NCBI GenBank assembly: GCA_010093995.1
Contig: ML992514.1
Span: forward strand, 1 to 64,000
Direction of reading: 5' to 3'
DNA from: Elsinoe ampelina
Taxonomy: Eukaryota
Length of the DNA stretch: 64,000 nucleotides
The translations under genes were made by a program, and so were the position numbers. Below, piece by piece: positions 22,388 to 34,962 of the stretch; positions within the stretch are counted from its first letter, which is position 1; every line of letters starts with the position of its first letter. The notes under the pieces are model-generated. The model was not told the origin of the DNA. It did no database searches and saw nothing but the letters and a program-made list of their open reading frames with translations.

Positions 22388-23185
22388 ATGGCAGACTCCA
22401 CTACCATCGCTCTCCTGGGAGCAACAGGCGCCACAGGCCGCATCGTCCTTCGCAGACTTCTTGACATGCCCAACATTGATGTCAAGATCTATGTCCGCTC
22501 AAAATCAAAGCTGCTCTCACAGCATTCCAACCTTCACAGGAATGGTCGTGTCACAATTTACGAAGGCGTGGTATCAGACGTCTCCACCTTCACCTCATGC
22601 CTTGAAGGCGCAGGCACAATCATTTGCACCCTCGGCGGTAACGACAACCGCCCAGCACGAGGCCTCAGAGACGGAGCCAGCTCTATCGTCTCTGCTTTGA
22701 CATCACTCCGGTCAGAATCGAAAAGATCCTACCAACCACCTCATGTTCTCCTTCTCTCTTCCATGACCTGGAATGAGACCATGCAGAAGCAGAAGCCGTG
22801 GGTATTACAGACCTTGATCGAACAATCATTCTGGTACTGCTATGAGGACCTTCTTTGCGCCCACAAGATCCTAGGCGACGCGAACGAATTGCTGAGACTC
22901 CAGCTGATTCAGCCGACAGCCATTGTGGATGATCGCCCATCGGGACCTTTACTCAGCAGCGACTACGCCAAAATGGTCGTGACATATGAAGACCTCGCTG
23001 AGGCGTTTGTGACCTGTGCAACGGAAAGCCAGTGGCAGCAGATCGACAAGGTAGTGGTGTCGAGCAAGGATGGCGATGCTTCTGGCCGAGGCTATGGACT
23101 AGAGCTCGCGAAGAGAGTCGTGATCGGGCTGAGTGGGAGCTACATTCCTGGTTTCTGGAAAGTCCATGATTATGTCTTTGGTTAG
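22388..23185 (+). CDS. NAD(P)-binding oxidoreductase, AvfA/OrdB(AflX)/MdpK-like
   Basis: LLGATGATG Rossmann motif, YVRSKSKL, TLGGNDN, LLLSS..N, YEDL; 265 aa. Subfamily call is by motif recall. Confidence 0.75.
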   Translation: MADSTTIALLGATGATGRIVLRRLLDMPNIDVKIYVRSKSKLLSQHSNLHRNGRVTIYEGVVSDVSTFTSCLEGAGTIICTLGGNDNRPARGLRDGASSIVSALTSLRSESKRSYQPPHVLLLSSMTWNETMQKQKPWVLQTLIEQSFWYCYEDLLCAHKILGDANELLRLQLIQPTAIVDDRPSGPLLSSDYAKMVVTYEDLAEAFVTCATESQWQQIDKVVVSSKDGDASGRGYGLELAKRVVIGLSGSYIPGFWKVHDYVFG

Positions 23186-23552
23186 GTCGAAGTCTGGCGG
23201 CACTTAAGGGGTGGAGGTCGTCGAGTAGTCGATTGCGTATTTCGTAGCTGCTTGACACTGACCTGATCCCCAATTCGAAAGGCGTCATGGCATGAGTGTC
23301 CTCTAGGAGATTTGCTTCAAGATAGGACTGCAGATCCTGACTCAATATACCATAGTGTGATCAAAGTGACTGCCGCGAAGTGCATGTTCCTCAAGGGGCT
23401 TCCGCAACGATTCCTGAATCGTGGTGAGGTCCAAAGCCGATACGTGTTCTGGACACCCGTGAAGCGCTTGGAACGTTCTCTGAACTACGCTGGGAAACAT
23501 CGTCGTTGGGACCGCAGGTCCGACGAGATGCATTATTTATTAGAAGACGTTA

Positions 23553-26266
23553 CCGAGGTTTTCAGATTCAGCGTCACCCCTCCGGCCTGTCTAAATTTGT
23601 TAGCTGTTACCACCAAAATAAAGACTTACTATAAAATCGTCCTATTACTGCTTTTAATCAATCCGTGAGGCTTAAAAAAGGTGTAACAAAATGCTAAGAC
23701 GCTCTAATCGAGTAATAAGGCCGTTAACGCGTGTAGCTAGTTCACCCTTGCTGCCGCTAGCGCTACTGTTGTCCTCTAAGCGCTTAAGGCCTCGTCTAAG
23801 CTCTTTATAACAACGTAAGCAACGTAAGACTGCTCTAGCTACTCCTCCTCCTTCTTCTCCTTTATAAAGGCTACTATTATCCCTACTAGAGGTAGAGACG
23901 TAGCTCTTACTAAACACTCTACTAGCGACGTAGCTAGCGCCTCCCTCGTCCCCTCTACTACTAAGTCGATCTCGGCGTAGCACTAAGAGCTTAGAGCATA
24001 AGTTCTTAGCTAAGCTAGTGTTAGATTAGACTTTATAATAGATAGTAAAGCTTAGCTTAAGAGTGCTATATAGTAATACTATTAAGGTAGTAGATCGGAC
24101 AGTAGAGGACTATTAGCAAGGGGTATACGAGCCTTTAGCGAGAGCATTACTTTACTAGAGAGGCGTTACTCGATTTAAACTTATAACCTTTAAGGTAGTA
24201 GCGAAGAATAGCTAGTATAGTATATAGAAGGTAGATTACACACGAGCTAACATTAACTAGTCTCCGCTAGATAGAGTACTAAGGCTATAGAGCTTAAGGT
24301 ATCTAACTAAAAGGAAGACTACTAAGATATTATTACTCTATAATATAGTAGAATTGTTACGCGCTAGCTCTTACTCTTCTACTACTATCGGTATACTATA
24401 GGATTTATAATCTTAGTTAGAGGATAATTAAAGCCTATATTCTACTAATTATACTTACCTAATTAACTAGTAGAGGTGCTCTAGCAATTGTAGCCTTAGT
24501 CCTAAGTTATACTACTACTATATCGATAAGTACTAGTACTACTATAAGATCTTATATACCTATTAGTAGGAGTAGGCCTAGGCAATATCGAGGCAAGAAG
24601 CGACAATCGATAAGCCTCTAGAGGTACTAAAGATAAAGCTATTAGACGACGAGAGGCACTACTCCTTAAAGAGTAGCTAAGTACCGGTAAACGTAGTAGT
24701 AAATCTCGATAGCTAGAAGCTAGTATAAGGCTAAAATCTAGCACCTCTAGCTAGTACAATTATCGAGCCTTATAGTTCACCTTTAAACATAGAATTAATA
24801 AGAGATTAAGCTCTTTAATTATATATTAACTAGTAAAAAGATTAAGTAGTAAAGGCTAGTTAGAAGGACTACCTAGAGAAGGCTTTTAAGTTACTTAATA
24901 ACTAGTATATAGACCTTAAAACCTTAAAGATAAAGACTCTAGAGTAGCTTACTTCTTAAGGGATTATTTAAAGTATTACTAAAAGAGTAGTTTATAATAT
25001 TAAGAGGTAGAAAAGGTATATAAATAATAAAGTTTAAGGGGGGTAAAGAAGGAGTTAAAGGCAGAGGTAGAGTTAGATATTTACACTTTCTAATTAGGAA
25101 ATTATATAACTTTAGTCGCACTTAATATAGTAATCTCTAAAGTAACCTCTTACCGTATTACTATTACCTCTAGCTATCCTTACATAATCCGCTATAAAGG
25201 CCTTAAAGTCGATATAATTACCTTCTTCCTATAGTACCTAATACTATTTAACTATCCCTTTAAGCTATAAGAAGAAGAACTTAATAGAATTAAAATCTAG
25301 TAAGTAAGGGGGAAGGTATATAAGCTTTATACTAGCTTATTTACACGCTCGAGAGATTCTCTTAGAGTAGTAAAATAAGGCGTTATCTATAATAAGAATC
25401 GAACGAGGCTATAGATAGAGCTAATAAAGAGGTAGTACCTTCTCCGATAGCTAGTTAAAGAAGCGCTTCTTATTAGTATAGCTAGTAAACACCTTAGTAG
25501 TTATTACGCTATTAATAGTGTAAGCTAGTAAGACGTAAACTTACTTACCTCGCTCCGTACTAACAATCTACTTAGGAGTTACTCCCTTAGGAGACTAGCT
25601 AAATTTACATATACTAACTTGTTTATTATAGCTAGATTCATTAATATAGACCAACTAAAAAGGCTTAAAGCTACTTATTATTGCTATATAAGTATTACGA
25701 AGAGCTTAGCACCGCTACACTATAACCTTTTAAGAAGCCTTTTAATTCTAGCCTACTAACTTAAGAGCTTAGTAGATAGTTATAATTAAGGCCTTAATTC
25801 TATATTAATTAAAGAGGAAGACTACTATCTTATCTAGGTATATATAAGGCTTATAGATAAGCGCTGCTAGCAATTCTCTAAGGGCCTAAGGATTAATTAT
25901 CTATAGCTAGCTATACACTGTATAAGGCGCTTCTACCGAGCTAAAGAGATAGAGATTTACTCTATACTACTAAATAGAGCGCTTAGAGATATTATAAGCC
26001 CTCTCAATTTAAGTATTTGTAAAGAGGTTAGTAAGAATAAGCTCGACTACGTAGCGCCTCTAATCTAGAGTAGTATAACAAGCTATAATCACTACAACTG
26101 TTAGAATTGCTATTACACCTTCTCTAGAGCGCTATTCACAAATTATACTAAGTTTTATAGCTTTAATTGCGGTAGTAGTAGAGAAATTAGATAAGTCTTT
26201 ATTTTGGTAGTGGCAGCTAACAAATTTGGACAGCCGGAGGGGTGACGCTGAATCTGAAAACCTCGG
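23553..26266 (-). mobile_element. RIP-inactivated 2.7-kb IS630-Tc1-mariner element (Ant1-like, DD34E)
   Basis: About 76-bp TIRs CCGAGGTTTTCAGATTCAGCGTCACCCCTCCGG... at 23553-23628 and 26192-26266, with TA on both sides. TpA-rich interior. Minus-strand relics LVYINESS (~25631-25654) and PRSILIIDNALFYYS...LIYLPPYLLDFNSIK (~25280-25410) can be back-mutated to LVYIDESG and MDNASFH...YLPPYSPDFNPIE. Confidence 0.9.
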
Positions 26267-27253
26267 TATAGAGATTAAAGGGAAAATGAAGAGCGGCTGT
26301 CCGAACCGACCAAAAGGCTGAGTCAGCACAGGCCTTGGGACACTCTGTGATTGCCTGCCTCTTCAATCACTGTCAATACTTCAGTCAACAAAAGATGTCA
26401 TTATTGAACCACTTGCTCAATCTCTGCCAGCATCCGGAAGCTCGAAGCCCTGTGGTGTATGCACACTCAGAGCGGCCAAGAGCGAGCTCGCAACTTCAGC
26501 AGGCGGCATCTAGGTTTCCATCTTATTTACGACTCGCAAGGCTCTTGTCAACGTCAGCGCATGGGACAATGGACGTGTACATACCGGTCGACGCATCAGC
26601 ATTGTGTACCTCACTATTCGGCAGTCCGATCTGGTTCTGACTGTTGTCAACGGTCTTTTTTTAGTCTGTGGCCTGGATCACAAGTGCCTGATTGGAACCT
26701 CCCGTCTGTGGGGCGGCTCGTCGACGATTACCTCTTTCGACATAGCTGGAGGGACGACAGGATCAAAGACCGATGTCAGTGTGTCCGGAACTACCCATGA
26801 CGCCATTTCTGTTATGCGAGATGCCGTCTTTATAGCGAGACTTGAGTGTTCATCTTCAACACGCAATCGAACTCTTGAATTGTTGCAACTTGCAATGACT
26901 CGACCTGCTCCATCACGACCGTGGGCGTCGGTTACAGTTTCGATCCCAGTGTCTGTTTCCATCCAGCCGCCTTGTCATCTGGTTGGACAACGTTCACAAC
27001 GTGGTCGGTACCTTGAAACCGTTGCAAAGCTTCGAACTCCACGTAAAGTATTCCGTACGACCGTTGCGATCGTGACAACATGGACAAGCAAACGAGGTAT
27101 ATTGAACCGTTCTACGGTCTCGGAGGAGGGTTCCTCTCCGTTCTCCACCTTCTAGGAAACCTCTCGCTACACTTGCAGCATTGCTGACAACAGCTTTCTG
27201 AAGCCATACCGGGTATGCGTGGATCTGTCTGCTTCAAGTAGAGAGCCCAAGGC

Positions 27254-28498
27254 ATGTCTTTCACATCAGAACCTTTGACGACACCATTCGAGCCACCTGG
27301 AGTGAAAGATGGTGGTCGAACCATCCTACTTGTATCATGGCCTGCCACTGCTTTGGCCATTGCGATTGCAATCCTGCGATGCATCTACGCTGGTAGCAGT
27401 AAAGGTCGGCCTCGGTGGGACTGCGTATGGGCAGTTGTAGCTGTGGTAAGTCTGATCTTGACTGATTTGTCGCAAAAGAACTGACACTCTCAGGTTGTCG
27501 GTGTTGCCTCACAAATCCTGATGACCATCGCCTGCATCTATGGAATTGGTCAGCACTTGTGGGAACTAGGGAGCTTTACTACAGCAGCGTATCCCCTTCG
27601 GATATATTGGGCATCGGCCATGGCGTTTATCTGGGCAATGGCATTTGCAAAATTAGCAATCGTATCACTCCTGTTCAGTGTCTGGTGTCCCTGGCAGACG
27701 AAACGACGATTCTTCCTACACTTCATGTGGGTCTCGACTGTCCTTGTCACGGCTGTTCAGACGGCATTATCTCTCAGCCAGTGTACACCGAGGCAAGCAA
27801 TCTTTGACTATTCCATGACGACAGCCGATTGCCGGGTCAGATTCAAGGCTCTACACTGGGGCTACTTTTCGGGAGCTTGGGGTGCCGTTACCGATATCGT
27901 GCTTGCCCTTTACTCCATCCTCATCATACAAGATATCAAAGCCAGCATGAGGACAAAGATTGGCTTCTGTCTACTCATGGGAGGTGGCTTCATGTCAGTG
28001 TTATACATTGCAACATTGTGTGACTCTATGATGGCTGACAGATGGAACAGATCCGCCATTGCTAGTGTTATTCGGACATACTACCTTTATCGAGTCTCAT
28101 TAAGCTTCGACACTACATACGAAGTCGTGGAAACAATCATATGGGGATCAATTGAGCTCTGGCTGATCTGCATACTCAGCTCTATCCCGCCGCTTAAACA
28201 CTTCTTCCTTAGGATTTTCGGCTGGCGCAGCGGTTCGAGGTCGAGCTCGAATTACCCCTCGGCAGCTACAGTACGATCAGGAGATACGAAAAAGATATTA
28301 GAACCTCTGCCAACAGCTGGCGACGGGTTGGTGACGGAAAATACTGAATATCAAGAGCAAGCCGCGGATTCACAGGAAAAGGAAACCAAGAGGAATGATT
28401 GGCTAGGTGGTATCACCATGAGAAACAGTCTCTGGGTAACTAGCAGACCAGCTACGAGACCATCGACTCGTGTAGGGCTCGGTAATGACATTGTATGA
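27254..28498 (+). CDS. PTH11-like/fungal rhodopsin-domain multi-pass membrane protein, 2 introns
   Basis: Multiple TM segments, YGIGQH, AKLAI, SQCTP, TDIVLALY, W..IELW..I..SIPPL; introns starting 27446 (GTAAGT) and about 27994 (GTCAGT). Confidence 0.85.
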
Positions 28499-28629
28499 TA
28501 AGACGGCGGCCCTCTGCTAGCTTGTAGGCTTTCAACTCTTGGATACACGGTACAAAATGGCGATTATCCGAATTAAGTATAGCTTCATGCACAATGCGGA
28601 CCGCTCCGAATGAGATGATGAACATGGGT

Positions 28630-28680
28630 TCGCGTGACGTAGAGATCGGACCCTTTGATTTTTGACGCGACCAGACGCGA
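28630..28680. promoter_or_regulatory. Three MCB-like CGCG elements upstream of UNG1
   Basis: TCGCGT, GACGCGA, GACGCGA. Confidence 0.5.
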
Positions 28681-28843
28681 CCTCGACCTGCGCCTCGAGC
28701 TTGAGCTCTATATGTTTCAACCTCTCCCGCACAAGTTTGTCTATTCTTCTCTCATATACACAAGTCTGGCTTCCAGAGCTCTGCAGACCTGTCCGCGTGC
28801 TTTCTGCCTACCAATTGCATTTCCTGCACGCCGCCTTCACATC

Positions 28844-29773
28844 ATGGCGAGTCCAACCCTCAAACGTAAAGCCGGCGACCTCGCGCCATCAGACGCAAAA
28901 AAGCCAAAGGCAAACGGCAGCATCACGTCCTTCTTCGGCCAGCCAAAGCCCACCTCCACTCCCTCCAAACCCACCACCGAACCAGCTCCTATCAAATTCG
29001 ACAAACAAGCCTGGATCGACAAACTCACCGAAGAACAACGCACCCTCCTCGACCTCGAAATCACCACGCTCGACGACTCCTGGCTCGCCGTCCTCCACAC
29101 CGAACTCACCACCCCGTCCTTCCTCTCCCTCAAACGCTTCCTCCAATCCGAAGCCAAATCCGGCACCAAAATCTTCCCCCCACAAGCCGACATCTACTCC
29201 TGGTCGCGCCACACGCCTCTCCACAGCGTCAAAGCCGTCATCCTCGGCCAAGACCCCTACCACAACCTCAACCAAGCCCACGGGCTGTGCTTCTCCGTCC
29301 GCCCGCCCACGAAAGCGCCCCCGAGCCTGAAAAACATCTACGTCGCCCTCAAAAAGGACTACCCTTCCTTCCGCCCGCCCCCGGACGGTCTCGGCCTGCT
29401 CACCCCCTGGGCCGACAGGGGCGTGCTGCTGCTCAACACCTGCCTGACCGTCACCGCGCACCTGGCGAACTCCCACGCGGGGAAAGGCTGGGAGAAGTTT
29501 ACGCAGAAGGTCATCGATGTGGTGGCGCAGAAACGGACAAAGGGGGTGGTGTTTTTGGCGTGGGGGAGTCCGGCCCAGAAGAGATGTGCGGGGGTGGACG
29601 GGACGAGGCATTTGGTGTTGAAGAGCGTGCATCCGAGTCCGTTGAGTGCGCACAAGGGGTTTTTGGATTGTGGGCATTTTAGGAAGGCGAATGAGTGGTT
29701 GGTGGAAAGGTATGGGGCCGAGGAGGGGATTGATTGGAATCTAGAGATGGAGCCGGAGGAGGCGGGGGTGTAG
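28844..29773 (+). CDS. UNG1: Uracil-DNA glycosylase (possible upstream in-frame start at 28712)
   Basis: ILGQDPYH, AHGLCFSV, PPSLKNIY, GVLLLN, HPSPLSA; PIP-like GSITSFF. Confidence 0.96.
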   Translation: MASPTLKRKAGDLAPSDAKKPKANGSITSFFGQPKPTSTPSKPTTEPAPIKFDKQAWIDKLTEEQRTLLDLEITTLDDSWLAVLHTELTTPSFLSLKRFLQSEAKSGTKIFPPQADIYSWSRHTPLHSVKAVILGQDPYHNLNQAHGLCFSVRPPTKAPPSLKNIYVALKKDYPSFRPPPDGLGLLTPWADRGVLLLNTCLTVTAHLANSHAGKGWEKFTQKVIDVVAQKRTKGVVFLAWGSPAQKRCAGVDGTRHLVLKSVHPSPLSAHKGFLDCGHFRKANEWLVERYGAEEGIDWNLEMEPEEAGV

Positions 29774-30050
29774 GGGTTGCTGTTAGGCGAGAAGGGAGGT
29801 GAGGAGGGAGTGCTGGTCACTCTAGTTGGAGGAGGAAAGAAGCGGTTGTGTGGTTTGTACAATTCTCGAGCGTCTACGGATATTGAAGCACCGGCCAAGG
29901 CAGTGAGCTCGCTACGGGCCACTCTCTTAGGTACCCTGATCCATGTATCATATGTCCATCCATGCTCTTTTGTTCCTGGTATCAACCATTGCTATGCCTA
30001 GCCCCAGAAATGCGATCATCAGTCATGTCATGTGCCTGCTCCCTCTCCTC

Positions 30051-33048
30051 TTACACAGGCGACTCGAAGTAGCTCCCGATCGCCTTGTCCAAAGCCTTCA
30101 AGCTCATCGGCTTGACGTAGAATTCGTCTGCGCCAGCTCCTACAGCGCGCTCTTTGTCTCTCGGTGAGTCCTGACCGGTGACTATGACTGGTTAGTCCCT
30201 TGCGAACATCTACTCCAGTGAATAGTACTTACTGATGAATATCACCGACCCAGGCAGCCCCTTCTCCTTCTCAATCCGTCGCATCTCTTCACACGCTTCT
30301 ATCCCGTCGCAATTCGGCATCTGCAGATCTAGAAGGATGAGTCCATAGGGCCGGTTTGTGTCCAGGGCTTTCTTGTAGGCGTCAATGGCCTGGAATCCAT
30401 CCATGGCTGTATCGTAGGGGAGGTAGCGTTTGTCGCAGTACATCTTCACTATGCGGAGATTGATCAAGTTGTCATCCACAAGTAGTACGTGAGGGATAAT
30501 CTTGCTGCGGGTCCGCCTGAAGGGTGAGGCGGGAGGATCGAGGCGGACTTCTTGAATGGAGATGGCGGCAACGGAGAGTGAGCGGGAGACATGTTCGCGG
30601 TCTGGTGTGAGAGCTGGAGTGGTGGTCTTGAGAGATCTGCGTCGTGCATAGAGGGACTCGAGGTAGTCCATGATCTCATCCATGCGTTTGGTCGTAAAGG
30701 GACCGGTAAGGAAGGAAATGTGCGGGTGATCTTGTTGGAGTTGGGTGATGTTCTCGCTTGTCGGTATTAGACAGACGGCTGTGCCAGTAAAGTTGCTGGC
30801 CGTGGTGAGATATTCTTTGAATATCTCGGAAATTGGGATGTAGCTGACAACCATCAGGTTTTCGTCTGCTGAATCGGATAGCCGCAGTCCACGACGTTGA
30901 AGAAATTCAACAAAGTGCTGGACCGTATAGGTAATCGGCTTGGCAGGAACTGTGCTGAATGCCGTGATCTTCACCCTTGCGGTGCTTGGCTTGTGATGGA
31001 CAATACCCGTCCGACATGCCACACCGGAATCTCTGAAGGTGACACGGAAGGTCGAGCCAGCGTCGGGCTCGGACTTGACTAGCTCAACAGAGCCATGCAT
31101 GGCGGATGCCATCTTTGCAGCCAGCGTGAGACCCAAACCAGCTCCTCGTCCATGAGCGTCTTCCTTCTCGTATGCTTCGAATATCTTCGCTTTATTCTCA
31201 GGACGGATACCCCGTCCGGTGTCTTTGACCTCGAAGATAAGATCGCTGCAGTCGTCAGACAACGAAGCGCTCACTATGATGCATCCCATGGAAGTGTACT
31301 GGAAAGCGTTCAGTAGGATCGAATGCAGGCACTCTTTGACGAGATTAACGTCAATCATGGCCGCATTGGCATTTTCGGGAAGCTGATTGTCGAAGAAAAC
31401 ACAAAGCCTCTCTGCCTCATTGTCCGGTAACATCCTGGTGGTCTCCTCTAAAAGCATGTCTTCGAGCTTGGAGAGATCGTTCAGGGTTGGTATATACTGT
31501 GCATCAGCCACTTCAGCCCATCGGTTGAGCTTGATCATGTTGTTCACCGTTGACATCAGTTCCCGTCCGGAGTTTTGTATAGTTCTGAGGACATCTGTCG
31601 TGTTCACAGTCCCGTGCTGTTCGCTTGCCCGCTCTGCAATGTTCTGGACCAATTCCTTAGCAGTAGCAGCCGTATCGGCTGATGTCTTGCCTTTCAGCAG
31701 GTCTCTAGCCGCCAATTCCTCCGCAAGTATGTCGACCGAGCCAAGTACACCATGAATCGGAGTTCTGAGCTGATGCGTGATGCCTCTTAAGAATTGCTCC
31801 TTGGCTTGGCGAGCTTCCTTGAGTGATCTCTCCTGAGCGATGTTGCTGAGTACAGCTGAACATCTGTCAACGAACCAGGAATCAATATCGTCGAATACCT
31901 GGGTGACTTCGTTTGTGCTGACAATCAGGACTCGCAGGACCGGTTGGGTCCAGAATCGACCAAGAACGGCTCGAATAGTGTGGTCAGTCTTGAGTTCTTC
32001 GTGATTCTTGGTGGCTATCAGGTCATCAATGAAGGCTGTGTCTTCCCAGAGTCCATGCTGTAAGGTTGATAATGATATCCGTCGTCCGTGGTCGATCGGA
32101 ATGCTCTGTGCTTGTACTTCACAGATTTTGATCTGAGCGCCAGGATATGTTTCTCCGAGAACAGCCATGATTGATTTCTCCACCAGGTTGATGTCGGTTG
32201 AGGCAGTAGCCCGCGCGACACGTTCGCTCATCCTTTGTTGAACGTCTCGACGACGTAGTCTCTGTGTGCTGACTATCTCTGACACAATCATGTCGGAGAA
32301 GCGGACCAAAGCATCGTGTTGCGATTTGGTGAAGCTCAGGTTAGGCTTTTCGGAAGCTAGACAGAGAGATCCAAGAGCCACGGCATCACCATCAGCCACC
32401 TGACAACGCAGAATCGTGCCAGCGTAGCTCCTGATACCACCATAGCAGACGTGTGGTGAGCCTTTGAAGCGCCAGTCCTCTTGCATATCCGACACGACAA
32501 AGACATTCTAGAAGTAATCAGCAAGATCCGGGGACCCACGGGGGACGACGTACGCCAGGAGTAGTGCCATGTACAATATGAGAGCAGGTACTTTCACGCC
32601 GAGGTAAGCGAGCCAACCCAATACCAGAAGTGACCACTCTACGGTAAGCATGATTTTCGAGGAGACCGAGGATAGCGATGTCCCAGCCAACAAATTCTTT
32701 GAGTAACTCGACCTTGATTTGCAACCTGGATAATAAATCCTTGTCTTCGGCGAGGTCTCGTGTGTAGTACCAGACCATGGTGAGTCGAAGATACTCGTTC
32801 CGGGTGAGGACGGGACAGAGATAGTCATCTTGTTGCAAGCTTGATGGAGTAGGGTGATGGATGTTGTCCTTTAATAATTGATACTCTGGGTAGACGTGGC
32901 TGTAGTCGTCGTTGAACCTCGCCAGTGGTTCGCTGCCAGACTTGACATCGAAGACTGGTGTGATTTCTGTTGGCAGCAAGGACTTGAGCTCATCTGATAC
33001 CGAGTCGACCGGGACGTCTGCCTTTGGAAAGTAGCTTTTGACGGCCAT
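30051..33048 (-). CDS. Hybrid sensor histidine kinase (GAF-HisKA-HATPase-receiver), 2 introns
   Basis: H-box ITHQLRTPIHG, N-box LLNAFQYT, DTGRGI, GAGLGL, receiver VDDN..LLDLQMP..DG, last exon TGQ..GADEFYVKP. Confidence 0.92.
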
Positions 33049-33604
33049 GTTGCATGGGATAAGCAATTACGGGACAATTACAGGACAGGTCTAAAGAAGT
33101 GAGAAGTCATAGCAGGAATTGTCCAGAATCATTTGTCCGTGAGTAGCTTGATCCTGCGGTCGCGAAAAGGTATGCGGGCGACACGATGAAGTTTTAGGTG
33201 AGGCGAAAGGTTCTAGACCGAGTACCGACTTGTTGCATGGCATTTTGGCGGCGAACTGTCCCTGGAAACGGCACGGCAAGGCGGGCAGCCACGAAACGGG
33301 CTAGAGTCCAGCTCGGCATGGTCAAATCAGGGTCCCGACGCTTGGGGCTCTTTTGACCGTCTGAACTACTCCTGAGGCACCATCTCATCACCTCACCTCG
33401 ATAGGTCGACTGAGCGCCCTTGGAATTCTTTCGGCTATGATTGGGGTCCCAACATCATTGACCGCAGGCTCAATGATTTGAGCAAGGATGACCGAGAGAA
33501 GTTCTGCGAGGAATGGTCAACCCAATTCAAGGTCTGGCTTGCGGCGCAGGACGAGCCGGAGGAGCCCAGTGCTTGATCGGCCCCTTCAGACAACACAGGC
33601 AGTA

Positions 33605-34677
33605 TCAGCACGATGTACTCCGTTCATAGATCCTGAGCTCTGTATACTCTCTCACCACATCACACTGCACCCTCCTCTGCTCCCTCCTCGAAGGCCCTAT
33701 ATCCGCCGCAACCCCCACCCTCACCTCCTCTCCCATCCTTTTCAGCACCTCATCCACAACTCCCACCTTCCGCTCATCATGAACCCTGTACTTGCCACCA
33801 GCCACCCACCTTCCCACCCCTCCCTTCCTCACCATCCCCCTCTCCCCTCTCCCCACCTCATCACCCACAAACCCCACAACCCTCACTCCCTCCACCCCGA
33901 TCATCTCCCTGACCACCTCCCCCTTCCCCCTCCCCTCCTCCACCACCAACCCTCTCAACCCCATAAACCCCGTCCCCTCCCTCAAAAACTCCTTGACCAT
34001 CGCCCTCCCCCTGCCCCTCCCCCTCCCGTCCTTCGTCTCCTCGAACGCACACCCAAGCCAAAGTACCCTCAAGTTCTCCATCAACCCCAATTGCATGAGC
34101 GATGTCCAGGGTAAGAGACCAGTGAGGTGGATGCTCACCACCCACCGGCTGGAAGGGGAGTGGAGGTTGGCGAGGAAGTGGAGCAGACGGGATTGGTTCT
34201 GTTCGAGGAGGGCGAGGCGGTCTTTGAGGGTTGTGGTGGTGGGAGAGGCGAGGCGGAGACGGATGGGGTGCGGGGTGGGGGTGGGGGAGACGGGGGCGAA
34301 GAGTTGGGTTGCGCGAAGGGGGAGGAGGGAGCTGAGGGTGTTAGATTGGGTTTGGTCATGTAGGGGTCGAAGAGGGTGATAGGATAGAAAATGATGAGGG
34401 AGGAACGAAGCAAGAGTAGATGAAGGCATGAGACATACCTTGAGCAGAGTGCCGAGTAGATCGCCGCTGGGATATGGGGTGGGAGGGCATCGATATGTTC
34501 CTCCTGGATGAGAGGCAGATTGCGGATCAGAGTGCGAGCGCAGAGGTTCATGAGGGTCGGAACCCTGCTCGCGGACGGGAAGACATGGAGCCTTCTACCT
34601 CGGGTCTTGTACAGCCACTGTAGCGATGCGTCATTGATTACGGGGGCATCAAAAAGCCTTTTGGTCCTCGCCGGCAT
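33605..34677 (-). CDS. Hypothetical protein with BC-box-like motif, one intron
   Basis: Exon 1 contains VPTLMNLCARTLIRNL; intron GTATGT..CTAAC..CAG joins it to the 33605-34429 frame. Confidence 0.55.
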
Positions 34678-34839
34678 AGCCTGGCCGGTATGCAGCTGTG
34701 GGAGTGACGACGCTCAGTCGACGATGGCAGCATAGCTGGTGGCGTGGCAGTGACGTGGGAAAAGCATGTTGCGTTCGATCGTGAGCGGCGACTGATTCCA
34801 ATGATACTTGGTATATAATATTTTCAGACTCTGTCGAAA

Positions 34840-34962
34840 CACGGCTGCAGTGCCTTTCTAACGCAAATTTCTCTTGCCTTTTACCAGAGGAATCCGGGAC
34901 GGCCTGCAAACCGCCAGTATTCAATATTTGGACGAAACTGAAAAGTTGTTCGCAACTTTTTT
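34840..34962 (+). ncRNA. U5 spliceosomal snRNA (ends approximate)
   Basis: Invariant loop I GCCTTTTAC (34876-34884) closed by TTTCTCT/AGAGGAA and followed by CCG. Outer stem GCAG-GCC/GGC-CTGC. Sm-like site AATATTTGG (34923-34931). 3' hairpin AAAAGTTG-TTCG-CAACTTTT. TATATAA at 34812-34818. Confidence 0.88.

Noticed and set aside
23190..23550. Short minus-strand ORF fragments next to the transposon
   Set aside because: No recognisable motif; cannot support a pseudogene call.
34941..34962. Hairpin plus T-run resembling a bacterial intrinsic terminator
   Set aside because: Eukaryotic context; better explained as the 3' stem-loop of U5 snRNA.
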